Assembly (NCBI GenBank): GCA_022424925.1
Contig: JAKMGM010000007.1
Coordinates: forward strand, 1 to 47,898
Length of the DNA stretch: 47,898 nt
From: Candidatus Poseidoniaceae archaeon
Lineage (GTDB): Archaea > Thermoplasmatota > Poseidoniia > Poseidoniales > Poseidoniaceae
Direction: 5' to 3'
In this document: positions 7,549-17,435 of the stretch, in pieces
Layout of the letters: each line of letters begins with the position of its first letter
Numbering within the stretch: position 1 is the first letter of the stretch
Notes under the pieces: model-generated
Database searches by the model: none
Told to the model about the DNA's origin: nothing
The model's input: the letters and a program-made list of their open reading frames with translations, nothing else
Program-made: the position numbers and the translations under genes

Positions 7549-8319
7549 ATGGAACAGGGTTTTGCCCTCATTGCAGTGTGCATAGGTCTTTTTTTGATTT
7601 CAACCCTCTATTCAAGCGTCGGACACGGGGGGGCGTCAGGCTATCTTGCGCTCCTATCTCTCACTGCTTTTGGACAGATGGACAGCGCATGGCTTAAGCA
7701 ACATGCGTGGGTTCTCAATCTCGCCGTTGCAGGCCTCGCCTTCGTACATTATTCGAAAAACGGCCACCATGTTTTATCGAAGTCCATTCCTTTTCTTCTC
7801 GCAAGTGTTCCGTTTGCATTTATCGGTGGTTACTTGGAAGTCGACGGTGCAATTTATGACACACTCCTCTCACTAACGCTCATTTATGCAGCTCTACGTT
7901 TGTATTCAGGCCAACACCATACTGTGGAGGCCACGTTTGAACCTGTACGATTACAAGCCTACTCTTTTGGAGCGGGTATTGGTTTTTTCAGTGGAATCAT
8001 AGGGGTTGGTGGTGGGATTTTTCTATCACCAATTTTACTGCTCAAAAAGTGGGCAACTCCCAAAACCGCAGCAGCAACAGCAGCCCTCTTCATCTGGGTG
8101 AATTCAGCGGCAGGCCTCCTAGGCGCAACAGCGTCAGGGCAATTGAATCTCGAAATCAACATCCTGTTTCCGTTTCTTATTGCAGTCGGCATAGGTGGAT
8201 TTATTGGTTCTCGATACGGCTCTCGATATGCAGATCAAAAAACAGTGCAAAACATTCTCATTGTGGTTTTATTACTGGCATCAATAAAGCGGATAATCGA
8301 TATCCTCTTCTTGTTTTAA
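7549..8319 (+). CDS. TauE/SafE (DUF81) family anion exporter
   Basis: It is a 256-aa polytopic membrane protein with two internal repeats, each carrying a Gly-rich motif (VGHGGASGY and GVGGGIFLSP) typical of the family. Confidence 0.75.
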   Translation: MEQGFALIAVCIGLFLISTLYSSVGHGGASGYLALLSLTAFGQMDSAWLKQHAWVLNLAVAGLAFVHYSKNGHHVLSKSIPFLLASVPFAFIGGYLEVDGAIYDTLLSLTLIYAALRLYSGQHHTVEATFEPVRLQAYSFGAGIGFFSGIIGVGGGIFLSPILLLKKWATPKTAAATAALFIWVNSAAGLLGATASGQLNLEINILFPFLIAVGIGGFIGSRYGSRYADQKTVQNILIVVLLLASIKRIIDILFLF

Positions 8320-8358
8320 CACCGTGAAAGTCAAACACATCAACCAACTGGAACGGTT

Positions 8359-9570
8359 ATGTCCGATGTTCCTTACTTCATTTCGTACGATGAAGCAAGA
8401 AGCATTCTTGAAAGACACGCCTTAACTTTAGGCACTGTAACGCTTCCACTGGATGATTTACTCCATCGAGTGCTTGCCTTGGACATCGATTCCAGAGTTG
8501 ATGACCCCCGTTTTGACAATTCAGCAATGGATGGTTTCGCCTTCAATCATAACGACTCGTTGAACCCTCCATCATCACTGTCCATTCAGCAAACGGTTCA
8601 GGCCGGTACTGAACAACAATTGAACACAGTACATCCGGGACATGCTGCCCGAATCATGACAGGCGCTCCAATTCCACCTGGTGCGGATGCAATTCTTCCA
8701 ATTGAGCGATGCAAGGTGAGCGATGACGGCACTTCGGTTGTGTTGCTTGATGAAGGTAAAAAACACTTCATTCGAAAGCAGGGCGAAAATCTAACACGCG
8801 GCCAAACAGCACTTTCCAAAGGCACACTTCTCACCCCCTCTTCCATCGGTCTTTGCGCAACCATGGGTCACGATTCAGCGGTCGTATTCAAACGAGCCGT
8901 CATTGGAATTCTTCCAACAGGTGATGAATTACAGTTACCAGGTACTGAATTGCAGGAGAACGCGATTTACGAATCCAACTCCTTTGGGCTTGGTTCACTG
9001 GTTCAGTTATCAGGCCACACGCCTCGACGGTATACTTCGGTTTGCGATTCTATGGATAAATTGCGAAAACAACTCGATATCGCTGCTGAAGAATGTGATT
9101 TCATTCTCACTTCTGGGGGTGTATCTATGGGTGAATGGGATTTAGTTCGTAGGTTAATGGAAGAAGAGGGAGATATCAAATTCTGGCGGGTAAAAATACG
9201 CCCTGGCTCACCACCACTTTTCGGCTATTGGAAAGGCACTCCTCTGTTCGGATTGCCCGGTAATCCAGCAAGCAGCCATGTCGTTTTCAGGATGCTTGTT
9301 GCACCATTCCTACGCGCTGCTACATACGGCGGCGGGTATATGGAAAAACAAGTACGTGTCCAATTGGCAGAACCACTCAAAACCTCACCGACAGACCTTA
9401 TTCTTCGTCGAATTAAGATTGATACTTCTGGGGAGCATATGCTGGCGTATTCGACAGGATATCAGGGGTCGGGCAATCTCAACAGTCTGGTGTTGGCTGA
9501 CGGACTCACTCTGCTTGAACCCGGCCATTCTGGCGATATAGGGACATGGTGCAATGCCCTCCTCCTGTAG
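8359..9570 (+). CDS. moeA: Molybdopterin molybdenumtransferase MoeA
   Basis: Family-typical motifs are present: FDNSAMDGFAF, LTSGGVSMGEWDLV and GLPGNPASS. The length is 403 aa. Confidence 0.9.
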   Translation: MSDVPYFISYDEARSILERHALTLGTVTLPLDDLLHRVLALDIDSRVDDPRFDNSAMDGFAFNHNDSLNPPSSLSIQQTVQAGTEQQLNTVHPGHAARIMTGAPIPPGADAILPIERCKVSDDGTSVVLLDEGKKHFIRKQGENLTRGQTALSKGTLLTPSSIGLCATMGHDSAVVFKRAVIGILPTGDELQLPGTELQENAIYESNSFGLGSLVQLSGHTPRRYTSVCDSMDKLRKQLDIAAEECDFILTSGGVSMGEWDLVRRLMEEEGDIKFWRVKIRPGSPPLFGYWKGTPLFGLPGNPASSHVVFRMLVAPFLRAATYGGGYMEKQVRVQLAEPLKTSPTDLILRRIKIDTSGEHMLAYSTGYQGSGNLNSLVLADGLTLLEPGHSGDIGTWCNALLL

Positions 9571-10448
9571 GTGATAGTGTGAAATTTACATCGACAACCG
9601 AAGAAAGCCTGCTCGATACCCTCTCAGGCTTCATGAAGCAAACATCGCGTGCCAAACTTCGAAAAATGCTTACAGAAGGCCGAATTCTTGTTGATGGCAC
9701 TGTCGTACATAAAGCAAAACATCAACTTTCACATGGTTCAGAAATCGAACTTCTCAGTCGTCCAAAAGCGCAAGAACTCACCCCACCCCCAATACCAAAA
9801 TACAAGAAAATAGACTTGAATGTTCTTTGGGAGGACGACAGCATCCTGGTTGTTGAGAAACCAGCAGGCCTCCTTTCTATTGCGACCAATAAACTGGAGA
9901 CTGACACCCTTCATTCACGATGTGTCGACTATGTTCGTCTGGATGATGAAAAGAATTGGTGCCATATCGTGCACCGCCTTGACCGTGACACGTCTGGAGT
10001 GATGGTATTCGCTCGCCATGAACGTCACAAAGAATACCTTCAGTCGCAATTTGCGAGTCGTTCTGTACACCGCACATATCATGCATTGGTTGAAGGCCGT
10101 CCAAAGAAGAACGATGGTACGGCTCGGGAATGGCTTGTTGAAGATAAACACCTCCATGTCAAACGAGTAAAATCAAGTTTCCAAGGAGCTAAAGAAGCCA
10201 TTACGCATTGGAGCGTCGATAATACCGATAACATCACTTCTTTCATTCAAGTTACCATTGAGACGGGCCGCCGTCATCAAATTCGGATGGCGATGAAATC
10301 ACTCGGTTGCCCAGTGGTGGGCGATGAACTTCATGGCGCAGAATCCGACCCATTCAATCGAATATGTCTCCATGCTTCTTCATTGGAATTTTTACATCCA
10401 GCTACTGATGAACCAGTTCGATTTGAATCCGAAGTTCCGTTTTCATAA
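9546..10448 (+). CDS. RluA-family pseudouridine synthase with N-terminal S4 domain (RluD-like)
   Basis: It has an S4-like segment (RAKLRKMLTEGRILVDG), the catalytic motif HRLDRDTSGVMVFA, and GRRHQIR. The ATG at 9546 overlaps moeA by 25 nt; a GTG at 9579 is an alternative start. Confidence 0.85.
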   Translation: MVQCPPPVGDSVKFTSTTEESLLDTLSGFMKQTSRAKLRKMLTEGRILVDGTVVHKAKHQLSHGSEIELLSRPKAQELTPPPIPKYKKIDLNVLWEDDSILVVEKPAGLLSIATNKLETDTLHSRCVDYVRLDDEKNWCHIVHRLDRDTSGVMVFARHERHKEYLQSQFASRSVHRTYHALVEGRPKKNDGTAREWLVEDKHLHVKRVKSSFQGAKEAITHWSVDNTDNITSFIQVTIETGRRHQIRMAMKSLGCPVVGDELHGAESDPFNRICLHASSLEFLHPATDEPVRFESEVPFS

Positions 10449-10521
10449 TTCCTTGACGCGTTTCTTGACAAAAGCACGACTTGAAGAACCGTTGACCGTA
10501 GGGTGCATTTGAGGGGAAGGA

Positions 10522-13458
10522 ATGAGTCAACCAGGTGATGAAGGTTGGATTGAAGTTCGCGGCGCCCGAACGCACAATCTCCAAGACGTGACCGTTAAAC
10601 TTCCTCGAGGGCAATTCGTTGTTATTTCTGGCGTTTCTGGTTCAGGTAAATCCAGCCTTGCGTTCGATACATTGTATGCGGAAGGTCAGCGCCGGTATGT
10701 TGAGAGTCTCTCATCGTATGCACGACAATTTATTGGCCAAATGAAAAAAGCGGACTGTGACGGCATTGAAGGCCTTTCACCCGCCATCTCTATCGACCAA
10801 AAACAGGGTTCACATAACCCCCGTTCAACGGTCGCAACCGTAACTGAAATCCAAGATTACCTCCGGCTGTTGTGGGCACGAATTGGAAAACCCCACTGCC
10901 CTACCTGTGGCAGGGAAGTCGCCCGACGAACCGTTCAAGAAATCGTCGACGATATCGTTTGGCATATGGAAGGTCACGCCATTGTTCTCTGGTCACCCGC
11001 TGTTCGAGCCCGTAAAGGCACACATCAAGATTTGTTCCGTCAACTTGTTGAACAAGGTTACCTCCATGGGAAGGTAAACGGCCACGAAGTTGAGTTTGAA
11101 AACCCCCCTGAACTTGATAAAAACTTCCGACACGATATCGATGTTCGAATAGATCGATTGCGCTGCACTCGCGACCGCCGACAACGTCTTACAGAGTCTG
11201 TTGAAGGTGCGCTGAAAATTGGAGGTGGCACCGTTGCTATCGAGAGCCTCGAAGCTCCGCCTGAAGACGCAGAACTTTCAGAAGGCACACGCGCTCATTT
11301 CACTAATCAAGGCGATACTATTGCTTGGTCTGAGGATTTTGCATGCCCGGACCACGGCGCATTCATGCCCGAATTATCCCCGCGTGTATTTTCATTTAAT
11401 TCCCCACTTGGCGCTTGTGGTGTATGTCAAGGCCTTGGTGTGGAGCGTCAATTCAATACGGAATTGATTGTTGATGGCACACTGACTGTTGCCAATGGAT
11501 GCGTCCGTCCGTGGCGTCAGTCCATGTCACCCTCGTGGTACAGGCGTTTACTCGAACAGGTTTGTCAGCACTATGGGATTTCGAGAAACACACCATTCGA
11601 GTTACTGGATGATGACGATAAAGACATCCTTCTCAACGGCTCTGGTTCAACTATCATCAACTTTCATTTTGAATCCGATAACGGTTCTGTGTACAAGATG
11701 AATCGTCCTTGGGAAGGCATCATTGCTCGATTGCAAAAGACATACACAGAGACAACCTCAGAACGCACACGAAGTCGTCTGGTCAGTTGTATGACAGATC
11801 TCGATTGTTCTTCATGCGGTGGTGAAAAACTCAATGCTGCTGCACGTTACGTATCGGTTGGCGGTATACGATTACCTGAAGTTAGCAAGTGCTCAGTCCA
11901 TGATTCATTATCCCTCATTCGTGCCCTACACCCCGACGGAGAGGGCGCTCCGGAAACATTTGCTGATGTGCTTGAACCACTTGACGAACGCAGCCTTTTC
12001 ATCGGAAAAGATATTTTGAAAGAAATTGAGAACCGTCTTGGTTTCCTTGACAGCGTTGGATTGGACTACCTTACACTTGACCGTAAAGCAAACACTCTTT
12101 CTGGAGGGGAAAGCCAGCGTATTCGCCTCGCAACTCAGATTGGCAGTCGTTTGACCGGCGTCATGTACGTGCTCGATGAGCCTTCTATCGGCCTCCATCA
12201 AAGAGATAATTCTCGCCTCTTGTCAACACTGCGTGAATTAAGCGATTTGGGAAACACCCTCATTGTCGTCGAACACGATGAAGACACGCTACGTCAAGCA
12301 GACTGGCTTTGTGACCTCGGCCCAGGGGCAGGTCTCGAGGGTGGCATGGTTGTTGCAAACGGCCCCCCTCAAACGGCAATGGACGCCAAAGATTCAGTCA
12401 CGGGTGCTTTCTTGAGCGGCGCACGCACAATTGAAGTACCAAAAAAGCGTAGAAAACCAAGCAAAAAATGGATTGAAATCAAAGGTGCGCGGCACAACAA
12501 CCTCCAATCGATCAATGCGAAGTTTCCTATCGGATGCATGACTGCCGTAACTGGCGTTTCAGGTTCTGGAAAATCTTCATTGGTATCTGGAATTCTAGCA
12601 CCAGCCCTTCAACGCCATCTTCACAATTCGGACACAGTCGCCGGCAAACACACCTCTCTGAAAGGCCTCGAACATGTCGATAAAGCCATCATCATTGACC
12701 AATCTCCGATTGGCCGAACACCGCGTTCGAATCCTGCGACATACACGAAAGTGTTCGATGAGATTCGAACCCTGTTCTCGAAGACGACCTTAGCAAAAGA
12801 GCGCGGATACAAACCCGGGCACTTTAGTTTCAATGTCAAGGGTGGTCGTTGTGAATCCTGCAAGGGTGCTGGCTCCATTAAACTTGAAATGAATTTCCTA
12901 CCTGATGTTTGGATTACGTGTGATATATGCCAAGGCCTTCGTTACACCCGAGAATGTTTGGAAGTCACGTGGAAAGGCAAGAACATCAACGACATTCTCC
13001 AAATGCCAATTGGAGAAGCGGTCGTATTCTTTGAAAACCATCGCAAAATCTTCAGAACCCTCGATACGTTGCGAGCGGTTGGCCTATCCTATGTTCGTCT
13101 GGGACAGCCTGCAACGACGCTATCTGGGGGAGAAGCGCAACGGGTTAAACTTGCGAGTGAACTTCGACGTCCACCAAACAAACACACTGTGTACATCTTG
13201 GATGAACCGACGACAGGGCTATCGTTTTCCGATGTTGAACTCCTCATCAACGTCCTTCTTGAACTTCGGGAAAAAGGTCATAGCGTCATAGTGATTGAAC
13301 ATCACCTCGATGTTGTCAAATCTTCTGACTGGGTTCTTGACCTCGGTCCAGAGGGCGGCGAACGGGGTGGAATGATTTTAGTTCAAGGAACTCCAGAAGA
13401 TATTGCTGCGCACGAAGAGAGTTTTACGGGGCAATATCTCTCGAAACTTCTCAACTGA
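10522..13458 (+). CDS. uvrA: Excinuclease ABC subunit A
   Basis: It is 978 aa with two ABC modules (GVSGSGKSSL twice, LSGGESQR/LSGGEAQR signatures) and zinc-finger CxxC pairs. The layout is diagnostic of UvrA. Confidence 0.97.
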   Translation: MSQPGDEGWIEVRGARTHNLQDVTVKLPRGQFVVISGVSGSGKSSLAFDTLYAEGQRRYVESLSSYARQFIGQMKKADCDGIEGLSPAISIDQKQGSHNPRSTVATVTEIQDYLRLLWARIGKPHCPTCGREVARRTVQEIVDDIVWHMEGHAIVLWSPAVRARKGTHQDLFRQLVEQGYLHGKVNGHEVEFENPPELDKNFRHDIDVRIDRLRCTRDRRQRLTESVEGALKIGGGTVAIESLEAPPEDAELSEGTRAHFTNQGDTIAWSEDFACPDHGAFMPELSPRVFSFNSPLGACGVCQGLGVERQFNTELIVDGTLTVANGCVRPWRQSMSPSWYRRLLEQVCQHYGISRNTPFELLDDDDKDILLNGSGSTIINFHFESDNGSVYKMNRPWEGIIARLQKTYTETTSERTRSRLVSCMTDLDCSSCGGEKLNAAARYVSVGGIRLPEVSKCSVHDSLSLIRALHPDGEGAPETFADVLEPLDERSLFIGKDILKEIENRLGFLDSVGLDYLTLDRKANTLSGGESQRIRLATQIGSRLTGVMYVLDEPSIGLHQRDNSRLLSTLRELSDLGNTLIVVEHDEDTLRQADWLCDLGPGAGLEGGMVVANGPPQTAMDAKDSVTGAFLSGARTIEVPKKRRKPSKKWIEIKGARHNNLQSINAKFPIGCMTAVTGVSGSGKSSLVSGILAPALQRHLHNSDTVAGKHTSLKGLEHVDKAIIIDQSPIGRTPRSNPATYTKVFDEIRTLFSKTTLAKERGYKPGHFSFNVKGGRCESCKGAGSIKLEMNFLPDVWITCDICQGLRYTRECLEVTWKGKNINDILQMPIGEAVVFFENHRKIFRTLDTLRAVGLSYVRLGQPATTLSGGEAQRVKLASELRRPPNKHTVYILDEPTTGLSFSDVELLINVLLELREKGHSVIVIEHHLDVVKSSDWVLDLGPEGGERGGMILVQGTPEDIAAHEESFTGQYLSKLLN

Positions 13459-13501
13459 GTTCTCCGTATTGTTCAAAGAGCGTAGTCTATGGCATTCATT
13501 A

Positions 13502-13518
13502 CGCCCCCTACGGGGGCG
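13502..13518 (+). other. GC-rich hairpin CGCCCCC-TAC-GGGGGCG, 12 nt upstream of the purSL ATG
   Basis: A 7-bp perfect stem with a 3-nt loop was read directly in the 71-nt gap between uvrA and purSL. Confidence 0.5.
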
Positions 13519-13529
13519 GGTGTAACTCA

Positions 13530-16500
13530 ATGGCAATTACGCGTGTAGAAGTGACGCCAAAGCAGGGAGACGGAATGCGCGATGTCCGCGGGGACGTTGT
13601 ACGTCGACAACTCATGGCTGACCACGGCATAGAAGTTTCAGATGTGCGCTCAATCTCCGGATTTTTGATTAAATCGTCGCGCCTCTCCAGCGACATATCA
13701 CCTCGCGTCGACGATTTGTTTTCAGACCCAATCATCGAAGACGCAGTCACCGACGAACTCCTTCTGTCATCACCTCAATATTTTCCAAACACACCCGATG
13801 CGGCAATAACCATTGGTTTCAAACCCGGAGTTACCGATAACCCGGGGAGTGCTGCATACGATGGTTTTCGTACTCTTTTTCCAAGTGAAGAACCCATATC
13901 CGATGCCTCAATATCGACGTACCAAACCTATGCTTTTTACGGCCTCCCCGATGGCGTATCGGCAGAATGGCTTGCCTCAACATTACACAACAACCTGATT
14001 CAACGCGCAGTAATTGCAGATGCAACCTCGTGTTTAGAAGCGAACTGGCCTGCTATCGATTATCCCGAAAAACCCCCTCAAACCTTTGTCCCCCCTCAGC
14101 CGGTCGACTTGGAAATAGCCGATGATGATCTACTGGAATTGTCTGAAACCGGTCTTCTTGCATTGAATCTAGAAGAAATGCAGACGATTCAAGGCCATTA
14201 TCGCGACGAGGCAGTTCGCACATCAAGAGCAGCTGTTGGTATTGTTGAGAATGCCCCAACCGATGTCGAGCTTGAGTGCTTGGCACAGACATGGAGCGAA
14301 CACTGCAAACACAAGATTTTCGCGTCGAAAATCCACCACATCGACACCGAAACAGGAGAAGATTCGTACATTGATTCGATTTTCAAGACCCACATCATGA
14401 AACCCACTCACGATATGCAAAAAGAAGTCGATTGGCTCCTTTCTGTCTTCCATGACAATTCCGGTGTTATTGCTTGGGATGATAAGTGGAGTGTTTGTAT
14501 GAAGGCGGAGACCCACAATTCACCTTCCGCATTGGACCCATACGGGGGTGCTATGACGGGTATCGTTGGCGTCAATCGAGACATACTTGGTACCGGCCTC
14601 GGAGCGCGGCCAATCGCAAATACAGACGTATTCTGTTTTGGTCCACCGGACTGGGAAGGCGATTTACCAGACAATCTGTTCCACCCATCTCGTGTTTTAC
14701 GGGGGGTACACGCCGGCGTCCGAGTTGGCGGTAACGAGTCAGGTATTCCGACCGTCAATGGGGCGATCGTTTTCGATGACCGATACATCGGGAAGCCGTT
14801 GGTGTACTGTGGCACTGTCGGCATCATGCCACGCCACCTTCCAGATGGCAGAGAATCGCATATCAAGACGCCAACTGCTGGCGACATTGTCTACATGGTT
14901 GGCGGCCGAGTCGGCTACGACGGCATTCACGGTGCAACCTTTTCATCGCTTGAGTTAACTGAAGAATCTCCATCCAGCGCAGTTCAAATTGGTGACCCAA
15001 TTACACAGAAAAAAATGCTTGACATGGTCCTTGAAGCACGAGATGCAGGTCTTATTACATGCATCACTGACAACGGGGCCGGTGGCCTTTCGTCATCTAT
15101 TGGTGAGATGGCAGAATACACCAACGGTTGTGAAATTGATTTGGCCAAAGTACCTCTTAAGCAACCAGGTTTATCCGCCTGGGAAATTCTCGTTTCTGAA
15201 AGTCAAGAGCGAATGACCATCGCTGTCAAAGCATCTGACTGCGATGCTTTTGAGTCCATGGCGAATCTCCATGAGGTCGAAGCTACACCTGTTGCTACAT
15301 TCACCAGTAGCGGCATGTTTCATGTCAAGTACAACGACGATACTGTGGCCTACCTTCCGATTGAGTTCCTACACGATGGCGTCCCCCAATTGCAACTTGA
15401 ATCTGAATGGAGCGCTCCACATCACCCACTGTTTGTCCCTGATGATGTCCAAATGGACAGCGAGACAGGACACTCTTCTCTATTGCTGAGAATGCTTGCC
15501 CGACCCAATATTGCCTCCAAGGAATCATGGGTTCGACAATATGATCACGAAGTCATCGCCCAAACTGCAGTGAAACCATTTGTAGGCGTTGAACGTGATG
15601 GCCCAGGTGATGCGGGTGTTATCGCTCCGATTCATGGCGACCCACACGGACTGGTTATTTCCTGCGGAATTGCGCCTCGTTATTCAGATTTGGATGCGGG
15701 CGCTATGGCTGCCGCATCCATCGACGAAGCGGTCCGTAACGCTGTCTGCGCAGGCGTAGATGTGGACAAGATTGCTGGCTTGGATAATTTCTGCTGGCCA
15801 GACTCCATCGATTCGGTTAAGACTCCAGATGGTAAATTCAAACTCGCACAACTCGTACGTGCAAACCGAGAGCTAGAACGGGTATGTCGTGCGTACAGAT
15901 TGCCCTGCGTGTCGGGTAAGGATTCGATGAAAAACGACTATGGTAGTGGAGAAAATAAAATCTCAATCCCTCCAACGCTTCTCTATTCTGTTTTTGGCGA
16001 CCAGCCAGATGTCCGTTTCACGGCAACAAGTGATTTCAAGAAAGCAGGTGAGCGCATCTACCTCGTTGGTGAATCTAAGGAAGAACTTGGAGCATCCGAA
16101 CTCGCTTTCATGCTTCATGAGAGCGATGAGGCTGCTGGAATTGGGGGCCAAGTCCCATTACTGCCGAACCCCGAGCGCAACATCTCCACGTATCGTGCCC
16201 TATCAACGGCTATTCAAGCGGGACTCATACGAACCGCCCACGATTGTTCTGAAGGCGGCGTTGCTGTGGCGGCAGCAGAGATGTGCATTGGCGGCCGTAT
16301 TGGCGCAGAGCTGGATATTGACGGTACTGGCGACTCAAGCATTTGGTCTCGGCTTTGGGGCGAATCGCTTGGCCGTTTCATTATCGGGGTTCAACCGGAA
16401 CACGAGGCAGACTTTGTCGAATGGATGGCGGGGCACCCTCTCACCTACCTCGGCAAGGTAACAGATGCTCCACAACTAACGATATCAGACGGTTTTGACG

Positions 16501-16577
16501 CACTGGTTGTTGTAGATGTCCCTGCTATGGTAGATGCATGGCAAAACACGCTCGATATGACAGGAGGTGTCTCATAA
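13530..16577 (+). CDS. purL: Phosphoribosylformylglycinamidine synthase, PurS-PurS-linker-PurL fusion without the glutaminase domain
   Basis: Residues ~1-80 and ~90-165 each look PurS-like (V.V.pKqG..D.rG...; GFKPGVTDNPG...). These are followed by a linker, the TDVELECLAQTWSEHCKHKIF motif at about aa 255, and AIR-synthase-like repeats. The total is 1015 aa against ~730 for a stand-alone PurL. Confidence 0.92.
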   Translation: MAITRVEVTPKQGDGMRDVRGDVVRRQLMADHGIEVSDVRSISGFLIKSSRLSSDISPRVDDLFSDPIIEDAVTDELLLSSPQYFPNTPDAAITIGFKPGVTDNPGSAAYDGFRTLFPSEEPISDASISTYQTYAFYGLPDGVSAEWLASTLHNNLIQRAVIADATSCLEANWPAIDYPEKPPQTFVPPQPVDLEIADDDLLELSETGLLALNLEEMQTIQGHYRDEAVRTSRAAVGIVENAPTDVELECLAQTWSEHCKHKIFASKIHHIDTETGEDSYIDSIFKTHIMKPTHDMQKEVDWLLSVFHDNSGVIAWDDKWSVCMKAETHNSPSALDPYGGAMTGIVGVNRDILGTGLGARPIANTDVFCFGPPDWEGDLPDNLFHPSRVLRGVHAGVRVGGNESGIPTVNGAIVFDDRYIGKPLVYCGTVGIMPRHLPDGRESHIKTPTAGDIVYMVGGRVGYDGIHGATFSSLELTEESPSSAVQIGDPITQKKMLDMVLEARDAGLITCITDNGAGGLSSSIGEMAEYTNGCEIDLAKVPLKQPGLSAWEILVSESQERMTIAVKASDCDAFESMANLHEVEATPVATFTSSGMFHVKYNDDTVAYLPIEFLHDGVPQLQLESEWSAPHHPLFVPDDVQMDSETGHSSLLLRMLARPNIASKESWVRQYDHEVIAQTAVKPFVGVERDGPGDAGVIAPIHGDPHGLVISCGIAPRYSDLDAGAMAAASIDEAVRNAVCAGVDVDKIAGLDNFCWPDSIDSVKTPDGKFKLAQLVRANRELERVCRAYRLPCVSGKDSMKNDYGSGENKISIPPTLLYSVFGDQPDVRFTATSDFKKAGERIYLVGESKEELGASELAFMLHESDEAAGIGGQVPLLPNPERNISTYRALSTAIQAGLIRTAHDCSEGGVAVAAAEMCIGGRIGAELDIDGTGDSSIWSRLWGESLGRFIIGVQPEHEADFVEWMAGHPLTYLGKVTDAPQLTISDGFDALVVVDVPAMVDAWQNTLDMTGGVS

Positions 16578-17431
16578 TGTCCGCTCCTCGAGTCGCTGTA
16601 TTATTCGGTTTTGGCATCAATTGTGATCACGAAACCGCCGCTGTTTTCGATATGGTTGGCGGCCGTTCGGAACGAATTCACGTTAACCACTTTGTTGAAG
16701 GCAATCGTGTTCTCGAAGATTTCGACATTTTAGCCGTACCCGGTGGCTTTTCATTCGGCGACCACTTAGGCAGCGGCCGGCTTATGGGTAATCGAATGCG
16801 TTTTGCTCTACGTGAACAATTGCATGCTTTTGTAGCCGCAGGAAAACCAATCATTGGTATTTGCAATGGCTTTCAAGTGCTCGTTAAAACCGGACTTTTA
16901 CCAGGCCCCTCAGCCTCAAACCCCCTTCCTGATTTTGTCCAGCGAGCGAGCCTCACACTCAATGACTCAGGGCGATATGAGGACCGCTGGGTGACGCTTG
17001 AATTTGACCCGAACAGCCCGTGCATTTGGACGAAAGGAATCCAACGTATCGATTGCCCAGTTCGGCATGGCGAGGGCAAGTTTGTCATGCCATCGACCAC
17101 TGATTTTGATGCTTTGGCAGCCAACCACCAACTCGCTGTTCGATATGTTGACCCAGCCACTGAGGTAGGACACGGCATCACCGACGAACCCCTTCAGTTT
17201 CCTCTTTCACCGAATGGAAGCATGCGAAACATAGCTGGGGTTTGTGATTCGACCGGTCTTGTTTTCGGATTAATGCCTCATCCTGAAGCAGTGTATGCCA
17301 AATGGCTGCACCCCGACCATACGCGAGGTTCGGCACCAGGTCCATCATCCAGTGAAGCATTGGGTGAATGGGAAGGTGAAGGGCTGCAAATGTTCCGAAA
17401 TGCCGTTGAATTCGTTCTTTCGAAGCGTTGA
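16577..17431 (+). CDS. purQ: Phosphoribosylformylglycinamidine synthase glutaminase subunit PurQ
   Basis: It is a class I amidotransferase with the nucleophile in ICNGFQVL and a His in MPHPE. The ATG overlaps the purL stop (TAATG). Confidence 0.92.
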   Translation: MSAPRVAVLFGFGINCDHETAAVFDMVGGRSERIHVNHFVEGNRVLEDFDILAVPGGFSFGDHLGSGRLMGNRMRFALREQLHAFVAAGKPIIGICNGFQVLVKTGLLPGPSASNPLPDFVQRASLTLNDSGRYEDRWVTLEFDPNSPCIWTKGIQRIDCPVRHGEGKFVMPSTTDFDALAANHQLAVRYVDPATEVGHGITDEPLQFPLSPNGSMRNIAGVCDSTGLVFGLMPHPEAVYAKWLHPDHTRGSAPGPSSSEALGEWEGEGLQMFRNAVEFVLSKR

Positions 17432-17435
17432 TACA

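Noticed and set aside
14408-16461. Several 80-173-aa ORFs on both strands inside purL (e.g. 14408..14887 minus, 15940..16461 plus)
   Set aside because: They are fully nested in a gene whose frame is confirmed by family motifs. They are Arg/Ser/Pro-rich shadow frames.
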